Shown here piece by piece: positions 1 to 14,000 of a DNA stretch of 64,000 nt. Position numbers and translations under genes: made by a program. The notes under the pieces were generated by a model that did no database searches, was not told where the DNA came from, and worked only from the letters and a program-made list of their open reading frames with translations. The stretch lies in the NCBI GenBank assembly GCA_965637545.1, contig OZ281498.1:13640001-13704000 (forward strand). Direction: 5' to 3'. The DNA comes from Phallusia mammillata (Eukaryota). Each line of letters opens with the position of its first letter. Within the stretch, counting starts at the first letter, position 1.

Positions 1-723
1 GTTCGCGTTCTGTATGGTTTATCTACTTAAAAGTGATCACATCAGACAGATTTAAGGCAAGCGCAGTCGGTTGAGTGTTTTGTTTAATAACAGCGCAATG
101 CAGCCGATGTTAATCGTGCCCTTGGGCAGTGAAAGGCAAAGGTCCCAGACTGGCTTGTTTAGGATTTAACACGCAATGTGGTTTAGCGAACTGCTTCTGG
201 GAGCGTGAATTTAAAAAAATAAGTCTCGCTGGAAAACGGATTAGGCGGCAGCTGCCACAGGTCGCAACTGTGTTACCATGTGGAACGGCAAGTTCAGCTA
301 AGCGGGTTTCGACACATTGCTTTGCGTTTTGAAGTTTTGGGCATTGTTATTTTTAGCCCAGAAAGGTGGCCAACATTGTTAAAGTGCAGTGAAAACGCCA
401 GTTCGGCTTCATCATTTGTGAAACCATGCACTTGACATGAAAAGAAAGGAAACGTGTTTGAAAATCGAATTGTGATGGATCGCTTTTATTGACGTGAAGC
501 TGTCCGCTTGTCGTCGGCACTTGCCCCTTGTCAATTGCTTGCTTATTTTAAAGGTTAAGTTACAACTAGGCACAAGAAATGATGTATGTGTTTTTCTGCT
601 TTAAACTTTAATCGTTGCCAAAAATCATTTGATTTTGACATTTATTTGACGTGAGGTGTTTGCTTGGGCCCAGGCACAAACCGATGTAGCTATAAATATC
701 ATGTGCACCTTTATGTTGTTCAC

Positions 724-2079
724 ATGTCAGAACTCCAACAACCGTCTTTGTTACAAGGTCATAACAGCTGTGTAGTTGCGGTAAGAAGTGGCCGGATAGC
801 TTTCAAGCAAGAGTATAGCTTAGTTGTAGCTGCCTCAAGTAGTGACAGCGTTTGTTTGTATTCCCACGACGATCAAGAGAGTAGCCATCGAGGAACATTT
901 AACGTTACATTTGCCTCTTGAAACAGAGTTGCCGCTGTAGTTGGTCGCCGCCTAGTCGTGATTTAACTTGCTATAGGGCTGTGTGGGTGAACCACCATCG
1001 ATCGACGACGGGTCAGCTTCGCACACGTGGCCATTGCTTTGGAATGACGTAAAACCGTTGGAGCAGCTATAAACCAATATCGCATGTGGTGACGACAACT
1101 ATCTGATTGGGGCACCCCGGCAAGCAGGCTGTGTATTGATCCCCGTCTGATTTCAGTCGTTCAAAAACGCATCTTGTCTTAACTTGAATCTCAACATAAG
1201 TTGCTGTTAAAGTAAACAACACCTCCAAGTGATATTGCAAGGACTCCATTAACTGCCACCAGGAACACCAAGTCGTTGCAGTGGCGTTTCTTGGCCTTGT
1301 GGGTGACTCTTGCGGTGAACCTTGGACCCCGTCACAACTTACTGTTGCCCAAGAACGTAAGCGTGCGCCAGTGGCTGCTTCGCAAACGTGCTAACCTGTC
1401 TTTTACCCCTCTTACACCTCGCCCTTGACACCTACACACACACATACCTGTACACACTGCCCTATTTCCAGAGACCCAAACATACACAAGCTTTTACCTT
1501 GGAACTTTTCATACTGCTCTTTACTCTGGTTTCTTCGCCTTGCTACTTCTTTATTCCAAAACAAGGCAACTTGAAACAAGTACATTTGTCATTGCCCCTG
1601 CAACCATTGATCACTTGGCCGTGTTCCCTGTGACTGCTGCTGCGTTTCAACCTTGCACTGCTGCGCTTTGCCTTCATAAATGGAGTGTATGTATTTGTCA
1701 TTGTACTTAATGTACAGTTTTTGTGCTTTTGTGCCAATTTTTTTGAGGTTTGTCAAGTGTGTTTAATGTCGTGTGTGTAGTAATACCTTGTTGTAATACC
1801 TATATGCCACTGTTACGACACCCTAATTCTATAAAGTCATAAGCATATTTAAACATCATATAGTTTTGGAGGCATTTGCACCTATAAAACAATATAGATT
1901 TGAAGCACATTCAGAAAAACATAAAAATGCAGAATAAGGTTACATAGAAAATGTGACTTATACACCTTCAGGTTGCTCTTGTTATATTTGCAGCTCACGG
2001 CGTCGGTTGCGTCACCCCGGTATCAGCCAATGTTCCCTCACTCTCATCTGCGCAATTGGCGGTTGGCCAGTTACCCAGC
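724..2079 (+). CDS. MBNL: Candidate in-frame N-terminal extension of MBNL (~79 aa, three exon segments)
   Basis: 724-780 (ATG...GCG|gtaaga, phase 0), 1263-1356 (ccaccag|...C|gtaagc, phase 0 to 1) and 1994-2079 (atttgcag|, phase 1) splice without stops into the MBNL frame: MSELQQPSLLQGHNSCVVA|EHQVVAVAFLGLVGDSCGEPWTPSQLTVAQEP|[29 protein letters not shown]. They could instead be 5'UTR exons. Confidence 0.55.
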
Positions 2080-5000
2080 ATGCAACAGTTGCCGCAGATT
2101 CGAGATCCCGAGTGGTTAAAAGTTGAGGTAAGTGCTGGATTGACATCACCATCCATCTTTGTCTTTTAACATCTGTAAAGAGCTTCAAGGTATGACAGCA
2201 ACGTGGTTTCTTGGTCCACGATTTGCTGCAAATTTCTGTAGTTTCCAAACTGTGTTACCCACATTTAGCTTTCTAACAGTCGCAGTGGGCTTATCAGTTT
2301 AACTTCGTCGAGGTTTGACATCAAAACCAACCCAGACAGATGAAAGCAACCAAAAAGTGCGATTTGCAACTTTGCACACCGCAATACACAGACTTGATTG
2401 CACAGACCTCCCGCGTAGTTGGTCGATAAGTTGAGTCTTACACACGTGGCAATCGGAAACACCTCGCTACTGTCGTGTGAATGCAATTCAGTGCGAGATT
2501 GAACTTACATAGCTTCTCTTACCCACTTGAGCATGACGCTAATCAACAGTTATTCGCGCCGATCCGGTAAGAAGGCAAAACGAAAATCGGGCCCTCGTGC
2601 GCTGAATGAAAGGCCGTGGGTAGTGTTTAATTCCTTTGTGTGGAATGCGGTGAGGCGGCAACCTGATGACTTGTGCGTTGAACTTGCATTGCGCCCGACT
2701 GTGGTTTATACCACTGTGAATATTTGACTCTTCCGAGAAAACGTTTTTTAACTTCGAAATTGCGTGTATTATACTTAAGTTATACTGAGAAAATAACGTA
2801 ATTGTTTGCGTACGTGAACTGTACTTGGTAAAATGCTGTCCTTGAAGTTTTTTTTGAAATTTCGAATCTCAAAACAGATTTTTTTGTTAATGGTTTTGGG
2901 TACCACTATCATTCATAAAAAACCTCACTTTTTAGCATTTTAGATTTTGACAGTAAACATGTGTGCTGTTTAACAGGTTTGTCGGGAGTTCCAAAGAGGC
3001 GCATGCAAGAGGTCAGCAGACGAATGCAGATATGCCCATCCAGGTAAAAACATCCAGATTGCTCCAGACGGGAAAGTTATCGCCTGCTTCGATGCACTTA
3101 AGGTATTTATAAAGTTAAGGAAAATAAAAAAAGTAAAGTTTCATATTTTCCACTACTTAATTCATGATTTGCTTAAACTACGTTGGATGTAAAGTATTAT
3201 GCTTTTTGTGACCCATATTCATCTTCGAGTTTATTTGAGAAACCGGTTTAAACAACACCAGGTGTTTTTTAATTAATCGTCTTAATACGTTTTTTTGCCA
3301 GTCACTATTAATAATTTATTGTTCGTTGCTGTAACCATGGTGACTTGTTCACGACGTGCATGCAGCAAATTTGTCGGCTACCAATTTGTAGTTTAATATC
3401 CGCGGCTTATCCGAATTTTAGACCATCAACCTAGCCATTATGTAAAGGTAAGTCGGCCAAATGAACGTCAAAAGGTACTTGATGACTAGATGCGCTGTAC
3501 ACACGTCAGCCGTATATTAAGGTTGGCTGATTTTCCTCGAACAGACACGCTTTACCTGAAAATATTCATCCAAAGAACTAGCGATAAAACTTAAACGGTT
3601 ACATTTGTTGGTAGTTTTGACAAATGTTTTACGGATCGGGTTACCACTAAGCTTTTATTATATTTCCCAACTAATACTTACAGTGAATGGAAATTTTCAC
3701 AAGCTGAAAATAACGTGCAATTTGTAACTACTTCGATACACATAGTTGTGGTTGCAACGCGTGACAAGTCAAGCGTGAAACAACGCTGCAGGCGCCACGT
3801 GACTGACCATGAAAGGTTGACGTCGGTACAGCGGACGAAAAGTTTCGAGCGATGGTTACCTGAACTCTACTCAGTGACGTACATGGCCTACCCGTGCCAC
3901 GTCGGTATAAAGCGACCTAGACTAAACAAAACTATTCAGGCGTGACCAGTCTGCTCGGCACAAAAGCGGCGTTGGCAAAAACCTGTCCCGTCTTTGTAAT
4001 TTTAATTCGACGGAACCTGAGCTCGTTAATCTCGCTAACTGATGACCTCGTGTTCAAATATTTGTCCGATTTGGCCGTAAGGCGGCGGACCTTGCTTGTT
4101 GGCGAAAAGAGTCTCGTGGGTTCCTCAGCCACCTCAACGTAAATCGCATGTATCAAGATACTTTAAGTTGTCTTGTTTTAAAACTCGCGACAAGTGTCCT
4201 GTATTTTTTTCTTGCCAGCATGGCATGTGTGTCTGAACAAGACCGTTTATGTGGAACTAAAACAACTATAGCAAGCTAGCAACCTTATGTGCAATAAAAC
4301 AAGCGATACGACTATTATGCGGTTGGTAATACGCTCGATTACCTACTTTGAAGTTTACTACTTGACCTAGTGAAACACGTGGTGTGATTTTAACCAATCG
4401 CTACTGACCGTTCGCGTGAGTCGAGGTCCATGGCTTTTCCCAGCATTTCTTATCGCGGTAGCTCTCTGTCAAGATTACTTTATCTGCGACAAAATTGCCT
4501 CGTCTAAAAGGCAACAACCCGCGTGATTTTTCCTCAGCAAATTTGTTTTCTTAAACTGTTTTTTGATTTCAAAAAGCGGCCTTTTCCATGTTCTACATCT
4601 AACAACTTTTTTGAAACTATTTTCCCTTTATTTATTTACACGTGTTGAACGACACCTATGTGATGTACGTTGCTATGTTCATACACCATTGCGAATTCAG
4701 CAGTGTGTTAGAAGAAATATTGTTCACCTTGCTGTTCACTCACGTGTACCCTCGTTCATTTTTCGTTTCTAATAATTAAATTACATGATCTAAAAACACA
4801 TGGCATTTGTTCACAAATATTTTCCATATCACATTGCGTTTTGTCACAGGAAGATTTCTTGTGTTATCTGTTGGTTGAAGATGGTTACGTGACGCTCACA
4901 AGCTCAAAATAGAAACTGTTAAGGCTACATCCGGATGCCGTTGTTTTATCAATCGCATATAAATTTTACGGCTCCTGTCCACATACGATAATCCCAAAAT

Positions 5001-8000
5001 AGAACGAGTGTAAAGGCTTTTGTGAAACACTTTAGTCTCAAATCTATTAACTTTAAACTCTTTTAAGCGAAATGTAGGTGACAATGTGCAAGAAACTTGT
5101 TGTCATGTCGAAATTTCCAAAACTCGTAGGTCTTTATGGTTTTCGAAAGTTTCGTGCTCCCCGGCCCCACGCAAACAACGTGTCGGAATTATGCTATGAC
5201 ACAAACCAACCAGAACTGTCCAAAAACTTAGACGGGAATTTCCGTGAAGTAAAAAAGAACTCGAGCACAATGACGTGTCTAGGTAAACTTAAGAGTTTTC
5301 AACTTTGTTCTCCGCTTGAGCACGTCTCGACCACACAGCTTTCGACTACTTGGGCTAAAGTTCCCTGTTAATATTTTAAAACTACTAACACATGTATGCC
5401 TCTATTTAATTATCCTTGACTATCGTTGAGGCTTTTTTGTGGCAGTATTCGAAGTTTGCTGTGTAGATCAATTCCGAGGAAGTCGTTTGCACTTAACTAT
5501 TACCTATTCAGGAAGTAATTTGGACAAAGTAATTTCCCTATTTGTTCGTTTGATGGCGTCTTTGACTGACGTCTTAAAAAACTTGCTTTCATTTTGTGGC
5601 TGTTGGTAAAACTATGCACAACACCCAATTTCGACAAAATCAACGATCTTGACTCAAATGTTCGCATTTTTTATTTCGTTAATCAGTTTTCAGTTTTACA
5701 AATTCAAAAAACTTTATTCAAATTTTCAAGAACAAACTTCCGTCATGTTTTCTCCGCAAACCCAACAGGTGTTTGTGAGTGAGAATGGATCCAGCTGTCC
5801 GTCATTAATCTCCAATTACATCTCACTGTGACACTTGGATGTCATGTACAAGCGGTTAGCCCATTTTGCCGTGTCCGTTCAGGTTAAACATAATGTTGGA
5901 GAAATTCTAAAAAGGGTGATATGTTTATGACTGCAGTGATATAAAAGTGTTGGTCATTAGATGCAAAGTTTTGTGTCAATAATCGCAATAGCAAATGACT
6001 TGATATGTTTGTTGAGTTGCTGGATTTTGCCTGGTTTTGCGGAATAACAAATCCTTTGGCTTGTTTACACTTTGTATTTCAACATATCAAATACATAAAG
6101 TGGAATGCATCACGTTTACAAGGGGCGCTTAATATGGACACATGCTTCTGATTTTGTTGAGTGGAGAATGTGGTCAAGCATCTGTCTTGTGACATTTCCG
6201 AAATATTGATTCCATTTGCACTTCCATTCAAATTTGAGAGGCAGCGTATAAGTTGCTGATGGGTCGAAGGGCGACATTGCCAATCGCCGAAGTTGGCACG
6301 ACATGATTCTCTTTGTGTCGCTTTTAACAAGCAATTTGCCGCGATCATAAGGGCACTCGGCGCCGACAGATGTTTTTGCAAGAGGACTCCAGTTAAAACT
6401 AGGTTTGGAGCTGCACCGTAGGATTGCGTAAGTCCGTGTATCGTCCGCCATATACGTAACACGAGTCTGCCATTCCCTGATCTGACTTCTGCCCGTTTAC
6501 TTTCTTCTGGGAACGAATTCCCCCATGGCCTGGTGAAGTTGGGATGTGCTTCGGTGCTTTGATATCCACTGTATGTTAACCTGGTGGCCTGGGCCTACGT
6601 CATGTCACGTAATTCGCCGTGTCGTCTGGTTGGAGCGAGCCAGGCTTATTTCAAGGACCTTTTGAGAACATTTAACTAGTCCTAAATCTCTTTTTGGGTT
6701 TTGCTCCAGGGTGACCTATCGCCAACTTTACATCAAACTTTCATTCTTAATATTACATAAAACTTGTTGAAAACGCACTGTTCCATATTGTAATCATTTT
6801 TTGATGAGACCTTATAGGTCGAAACAGTGTGCACTGTCTGCAGGTAATCATTTTAGATTTTGAATTTGCTTTTTTAAAAGGTTTTGAATTCTTTTTTTGT
6901 TCTTGATCAAGTTTTTTTGGTAATACATTAGAGGTTGCGAAACTAAGGCTGCCGTTCAGTAAGGGTAGTTTATTCGATTTCAACCACAATTTGAAAACAA
7001 CAACATATTAAAGAAATTTTTAAGAATTATTTAAAAATTTGACAATGCTGACATCAACATGTTCTCGGTTTGGTATTTTTTGGTTCGCCAATACAATGCG
7101 CAGAGAGCAGACCAGTTAATGCATAAGCAGGCTGGTTACAGGTAGAGTGTATTGAACTACCCTCGTATACCAGCTAAGAAAAAATATGTTTGTTGGATTT
7201 AATTGTTTGCAATAGCACTGTAATAAATCTTCGGCACACAATTGTAATTCCTCACAATTTTCTGCGTTTAGAAGAAACGGTTGGTGACCCTAGTATCGTA
7301 TATTACATACTGGTATCGACATTTGTTGCATAACCTCCCTAACACGGCATTTAAAGCAGTTTTTGGGCGGCGAATTCACAAACAGCCTAGGTTCATTTCA
7401 AAGGCCAAATTGCTATTCCCAGTAGATTTGAATTTAAAATCCGCAGCGATTGCCAGGCTTAACCGAAAAATTTGAATCCTGTTACGCGACTGGATTTCGT
7501 AAACAAAAGTCGCCTTTGTACATTTTAAGGTGAAGTGCAAGCTTAAAGTCGCTGTTTCAAAAAGCTGTCTGATATCTTACACATTATGTTAAATGAAAAG
7601 CGGTCTTGTGAAAAACAATAATTTACCAAACTGTCACTGCAAAATTTGAAACTATTTTCACAGCTTTTCCTTTAAAAATATGACTAAACATTGATTAAAA
7701 ACGAAAAGTTTCACATAGTTATATCTCTGTGGGTCGACAAAAATGGCTCAGTCAACCATCGTTGGCAGTTTTAAAACTGAAACCAGTTCATTGTAATTCG
7801 ACTTTTCATTTGAGGTTATTCAGTCATTGTTGTTTTGGAACAATTCAAATCAGAGTTGAGTGCTATTTTTTGTTTTTAAACTTGGCGTCTAGACACCCAG
7901 GGTAGGTTGTGTCACTCCGACTGAAATAACCCGCATTTTCAAACATTATCCGGTCATAACAAGGGCTTAAGTGTCCCCCCAGGCATTTGGCGTGCTTGGA

Positions 8001-11000
8001 CCCGCTCTTTATAGACGACAATAGACCATAGAACTTTGCTGCTGACCCAATCTATCTGTTGCCTATAGCAGGATTAGATTTTTCCCTGTTGTTGTATAAA
8101 ATATTAAACGTGTTTATCTTGGAGGTAATATTTAAATTAGCTGCACATTTTCCTTCGTCTTTGTTCGTGTTGCGCTGTTTACACCAAAGCTCGTAGATTT
8201 GCATGATAAGCTTCAAGTTGTTTAGACAGAAATGCAACATGTTCTTGTAAATAATTGAATTGTAGCATTTCACCTTCCAATTATGTCCAGCCTGCCTTTA
8301 TTCAAATGTAACTATCGTCATAGCAAGAATGCAAAATAATTTACCATAACCGGACTAAAAGAGATACATGTATGCATAAATATTGTAAAAAATGATACTA
8401 AATACCAGTTAATGTCGTTGGGGTTTTTCATTTCCGCTTTCCTCCTAATTGGCTTTTGTAGAAACTTTCTTTTTGTTTTCGGTATTACACGAAAAAAGGT
8501 TTACTTTTGTTCTATTTCGTGTGCCTACCAGGTCGTATCTTTCCATTATATTGTTGAAAGTCATTTCGTTGGTTGCAACCCACACAATCACGTGTTCGAA
8601 CTTGCCTGTTATTGGGTTTCACTCAATGTTTACCAGGCACGGAATTTACTGACACCTCGCATCCGGCCTTGTTTAACCGATGGAAAGATTAGAAGTTAAC
8701 TGCTTCTATTTTGACAGCTGCCACAATAACGTATTTGCTGCATGGTCACTCAAGTAATGCACATTCGCATTCTGAAACTGTGTTTGCCCAGACAGCATCA
8801 TCTTGCTGTTAATTTTTTTAGCAGTCTTAAGGTTTAATGGCACCTCCCTCCGGCTTGTATGAGCCAATAACACGTCAGTTGGCATTGTTAAGGACAATGT
8901 ACCGAGTCGAGGCAGTAGAACGGCGCGCCCAACAGCAAACTTTCGGCACGTACGACCTTCAAACAATTGTCGAAGCGAGATATACGCAGGCAGGTGGCAA
9001 CTGTGGATTACGCGCCATGTGCTCTGTTCTACCCCAAACCGGTCGTTATGTAGTTGTCATCGTGTGAGGGCCCGGCTGCGATTCTGTACTGAAGCTATTG
9101 TGGGGACTTAGTCGGTCGCTTTTCGTCATTCCTCTAATCTAGGATGAAACAGTGAACAAAGCTATTTTTCTCATGTTCGATTTTCGTTTGCATTTGTAAA
9201 GAATCAATGCCATCAAAATTTAGTGTCTAATCAACTACAAAAAAAAACTTAAAAAAGCACCCCATTAAATCAATTAGTGTCATCGTTGTATCCTACAATC
9301 TTTGCAATACTGATTGAAATTCAAAATGCATACAGCTTTTATCCACTCATCCGGTATTGACAACCAGGATTTCCCGTCTTCAAATATAGTTTTATTTAAA
9401 AAGTCGTTGCAAATGAAATAGAGTAATAGTATTACTGCAAGTTTTACTTATTTGTTGCATTGCTGTTTTTGACGCTAAACTTGTTCTTTTCTGCTTTCTG
9501 TCGAAAATGCACCGGGGAATTATTGTCCGTTAGGTGTCACTGAAGGGTAGTTTTACTGATTTATTGGCTGGCTTTGGTAGTTCCGAATTTGGTGATCAAT
9601 TTCTGTTCAAAAACTTTGGGTTTGGCGAAAAAATGCCTTATGGGAGAAGCAACCTTCTTTAATGAAGCAGTTAACCACCGGATTATATGACCTTTGCGCT
9701 TATCTCTTTGATAAAAAGATAAAATATCGTGTTTCAGGTGTGGCAAAACAACAACCTGGTATTGTTAAAATAATCGATTCTTGTATTTTCTCAAATGGCT
9801 GCGAACAGTCTGTTAATTGTCTCCCTCGATCGGCTTTCAGCAAACAGACGCAAACGATGAAATCATGATCTTGGCAATACATCCAAACAACCCTGTTATT
9901 TGTTTGCTTGGAGAGCTTTTATGAACCCCGCATACCGCAGAACGTCAAGACCGAACTTTTACCCGTTTTACAAAAGCACTTCTGTTAAAAAAATTCGTCT
10001 ATAATATGGAACCTAAATGCATCAAGTGGAGGCCATTGTGTCCATAAACAGGCTTTTGTGACGCAGTGTACCCACTGTGGTTTTAGCTAACCTTGAAGTT
10101 TGAGTTAATGTGTGTCGGGACTGGCGGATAAAAGCGCCGTGTCAGCCAGGATACAGAGAATTCCTTTGCCGGATACAACCCTACTGTTGTTCCTGAATTG
10201 AACTATTTGTGGTTTTATAAATACTTCATTGAATATTCGGGCGTGTCTGCATTCTACTGGTATTTTACCTTCAGGATTGCTTTTGAACATTCAAATATTT
10301 CTTTAGGTTGTATTTGACAAATTATTATCATTTTTTTTATCATTTTCATTTTATTTTTCTCGTATGGGACCAATTCTCGTATGCAGTCATGATATTGTGT
10401 AGCCCTTTGCGTTTGGTGGTCAATGGCGCAGCCCAACTACCAACAAACACGATTTAACCCTACGGCTATCTTTTCATACCGCAAATATCAAGACGTGATG
10501 GGCGAATATATTTTTAAATGCACCAACTAACGAATGTATTTCCAAAAAATATTTGTGTCACCTTTTATGGTTTAAGTCTATGGTATTTTCAACGCTGTAG
10601 TTATAAGTTGATACAATACAATCACCCATCGATAAATGGTGATGTAATGTTATAAACTATTTATGTAATGATGTCAAATTGGGTAGAAAAGAGCTCCGAT
10701 CTTTCAAATTTGTTCAAACAAAAGTTTTGTGTATATTCATTTTTTCATTGAGCCTATACTTGCGCAATCTGAAAGAATACAAAATTTGGCAAAAAACGGA
10801 ATATCTGAACGTTACCAAATTTGCATTCAACACCTGCTTTATTGGAATACACAGGTACAACTTGTTCGCGGTGCAGTACTCGGGGTCTATTTATTTGTAT
10901 GCGGTGTTGTCGCGCCGCTCAATGCGCAACAGACGCGTCATCGCAGGTTAAACAAGCTCTCGATGCCTGTTGGCCCGTGCTATGCCTGATCGTTCATCCG

Positions 11001-14000
11001 CCAATTCAGGCTAATGCGCTAAACGTAGGAATTACGTCTAATGGCTGCAGCTCACCGCAGCAGGAAACACCAATAACGGGAATTTATTCAATGGAGTCAG
11101 GCTCTTTGAATGTACACAGGCGCCTTCCCTATTGAATTGCGCTGCAACATCCGACATGTGAACAAGACATGTTGACGTGAATCGGTTGCTAAGTTTGTTG
11201 AAAGAAATGGAGTTCGGCTATTGAATTGCTTGTCGCGCAAATTCAATATAACAGTTGTAGCGACATTTCAAGAGAAAAGTTACAGAATAATTTGTGATTC
11301 AGCTGTGCTATCTAGTCGTCGTTAAGTCCGATAGTCCTGTACTTTTCACGCTTAAAAGTTTAGCAATGCGTGCTAAAAATTTTAAATAGGTCTTCTATGT
11401 TTTGCAAAGTGCAGTGTTTCAGTATTTTGACGTGTGTGTGTGTTTCCTGTTAGCTGGATATCAAATTCGTTTGTGCGAATATGCCAACTTAGCCAATATC
11501 ACTCGAATAGTTTCGCCTCCTTGTCGACAGCGAAACTTTCGTTCGGGACCAACACAGTGGGAGCGAGTCAGACAGGTCTTGACGTTAATCAGTAGAGGTC
11601 GAACCTTGCGAGTCGGTCACGTCTGACGAGAGAGGCCTTTCCTTCGTCTTTCGTTAAGCGATCGCTTTTAGCGGCGCTATAAACGTTTTTTGCTGCCCAG
11701 GATCGCGGCGCGAGTATCGTCATGCGCATATTTGGCAAAGCTTAGGCTCGGCACACGTCATGGTCGACTAGCTACCGACGTCGCTCTTCAACTGCAAACT
11801 ACCGCACTTTTTTGACTTGTTTTTTCGTTCAACCCTTGTTGCGGTCTTGGCTGTAGGTATAAGCTTGGAGGATTTTAAAGGTTGCGTTTTTTCGCCGCGG
11901 CTACCGTGTGTCATAATGGTTTGTCCGCCGACTGATGCGCTGGCAAAATTAATAAATAACAGTCCGACCACTTCGGCTGGCCAGCAGTATGTGTCAACGC
12001 TGACACAACTATTGTTCAGTGTATTGTAGCTTGAGAACCACATCCGGTTCATAGCGAATATTGGACGTTGACTCTGCGATTCGTTTTCCGCGTTGACCGC
12101 GGTTTTAGCGATTCGTAACCATTGTTGAACATGTGAACAGTTTTGTTGAGTTGCAAGCATATGGTGGTAGTCAGTAGTCACACAAACGTATGATTGATAA
12201 AAGATGTAGATTGAGTTAAGAAAGAGCAACCGACATATTTGCGTACAGACGATCTGCTTTCATTGCAATATGCAAACTGTAGGTTGTAGCAAGATGGATT
12301 AGTCAGGCCAATTTTGGTGGATTCTTCGAGTTATATTTCAATCAGTATACATTTAGGGTCAAAGCGCTATTATGTTATAGCTAAAAATAATTAACAAATT
12401 TGGGCGAATGAATTCTTCTAATTTAAACGCCTGGACTTGTTGTGCGTTACATGTTAATCGAGCTCGGTTTTATATTCACGTCTTAGTAAATCGAAAACGA
12501 ATATAAAACGTTTTTAAATTGTTCGTTTGCTATTTGGTGAATGTTTAAAAGTTGTGTGAGTGAAATCACGAAAACCTTGCGGTGACTTGCGGTTGCGGGA
12601 TTAGACATCGCGTCAGCAGTCCGCGCTTCGTTGTTTTACTGCGAGGTAACAATCTGCATTTTGTTTAGTCGACGTGAGGTGACCCCCATTCGCGCCACGT
12701 CATTTTATGTACCGACATCACGTCACCATCGTATATCTTGTCTAATGTCTGCACAAACACCATCACAACGTCACATCGTGTTTTCAAATTTTATCATTTT
12801 AGAAATTACACTAAATTTCATGCACGGTAAATTGGGCTTGCCAACATGTTTTGTGTAGCCCATCATAACAAAATGGGGTTACTACTGTTTGTAAGTCCTA
12901 AATCGCCTTTGAAGGTAAACTAAAAGATTTGCACCTGTTTTGTCGACAGTTACTATACCGTGATCCTGTCGATAATGTCTTACGGCTTGCAGTATGTTGC
13001 AACAACCCGGTTATTACCACAAGTCAACACTAAAGCTGGCACTTGAGTTACGTTGTTCATAAATTCAGCGCTAAGTTTGCAATTTCGCTGGGCCACGATG
13101 TTTGCTTTAAACTTCCAATTAAGGCAAGTTAGTTCGACATCCACGTTATGTGTACACGCTCGTTTATGGCTCCTCACACCGGTATCGCCCTATGTTTGCT
13201 GTCGGCCACTGTGGCAGTCTGTGCTCGCTTGTAAATCATTGTTTGATAAATGGTTGCAACCCTTCTGTATTGTCTGGAACTGCGTTTGGTGCACTTTATT
13301 TAAGCTGAACGCAAACCGTGTTTGTTGGGTCCGCAAGTAACCCCGATTTGCATTTACCACAGCAAAGCGTGCGTGACCAATTTAACAAGATGTAAAATGT
13401 TAATGGGGCATGTACTTTATTTTAATTCATAAAATAAATATATTCCACCCGTAAACATGTTTCAGTTATAGTTGCCAACATCGCCATCAAATGCCTTGTT
13501 TGGAGACGAGCCACATAAAAAGCCCTACTTGCAATTACGTGATCATTACGCCATTCATTTAGCTTCAAGGAAGTAATTATTGAATTTATAACCCTTAATG
13601 CTCTAAAGGTGTTCGCCCGTTTTGCGCCATCAACTTCCCCATCTGTCCTCGTGCTTTAACTCATCGCTCTATCAGTGCAACAATCGGTTCAGTCAGCACA
13701 TATCATGTGCGAGGCTTTACTCGTCGTTATATCTCATCCATTGATTGTTGTTCGGGAATTTATCATAGCGCAGGAGGTAGGACCCGGTAGTCGATAGAAG
13801 GTCGCCTGTCGTGGGTGGTCCTTCTGGTCATTTCCACATTCTCACACCGATCCCTGGTGCGATCGATCATCATTTCGACCCCTTCGTCTGGATTTTATGC
13901 CTTTGACCTATCGGGCCCAAAAAGCGCCACGGAGGCACGTCGCCTGTCTGCGCTTGTTTAAGCTCACGGTTTCGCATAATCGGCCAGACAACATAAAAGC

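Noticed and set aside
6079-6462. Two overlapping 111-127-aa minus-strand ORFs in the MBNL intron
   Set aside because: No recognisable domain or supported splice structure; consistent with chance.
11768-12229. 153-aa minus-strand ORF in the MBNL intron
   Set aside because: No motif, non-ATG start, no exon chain.
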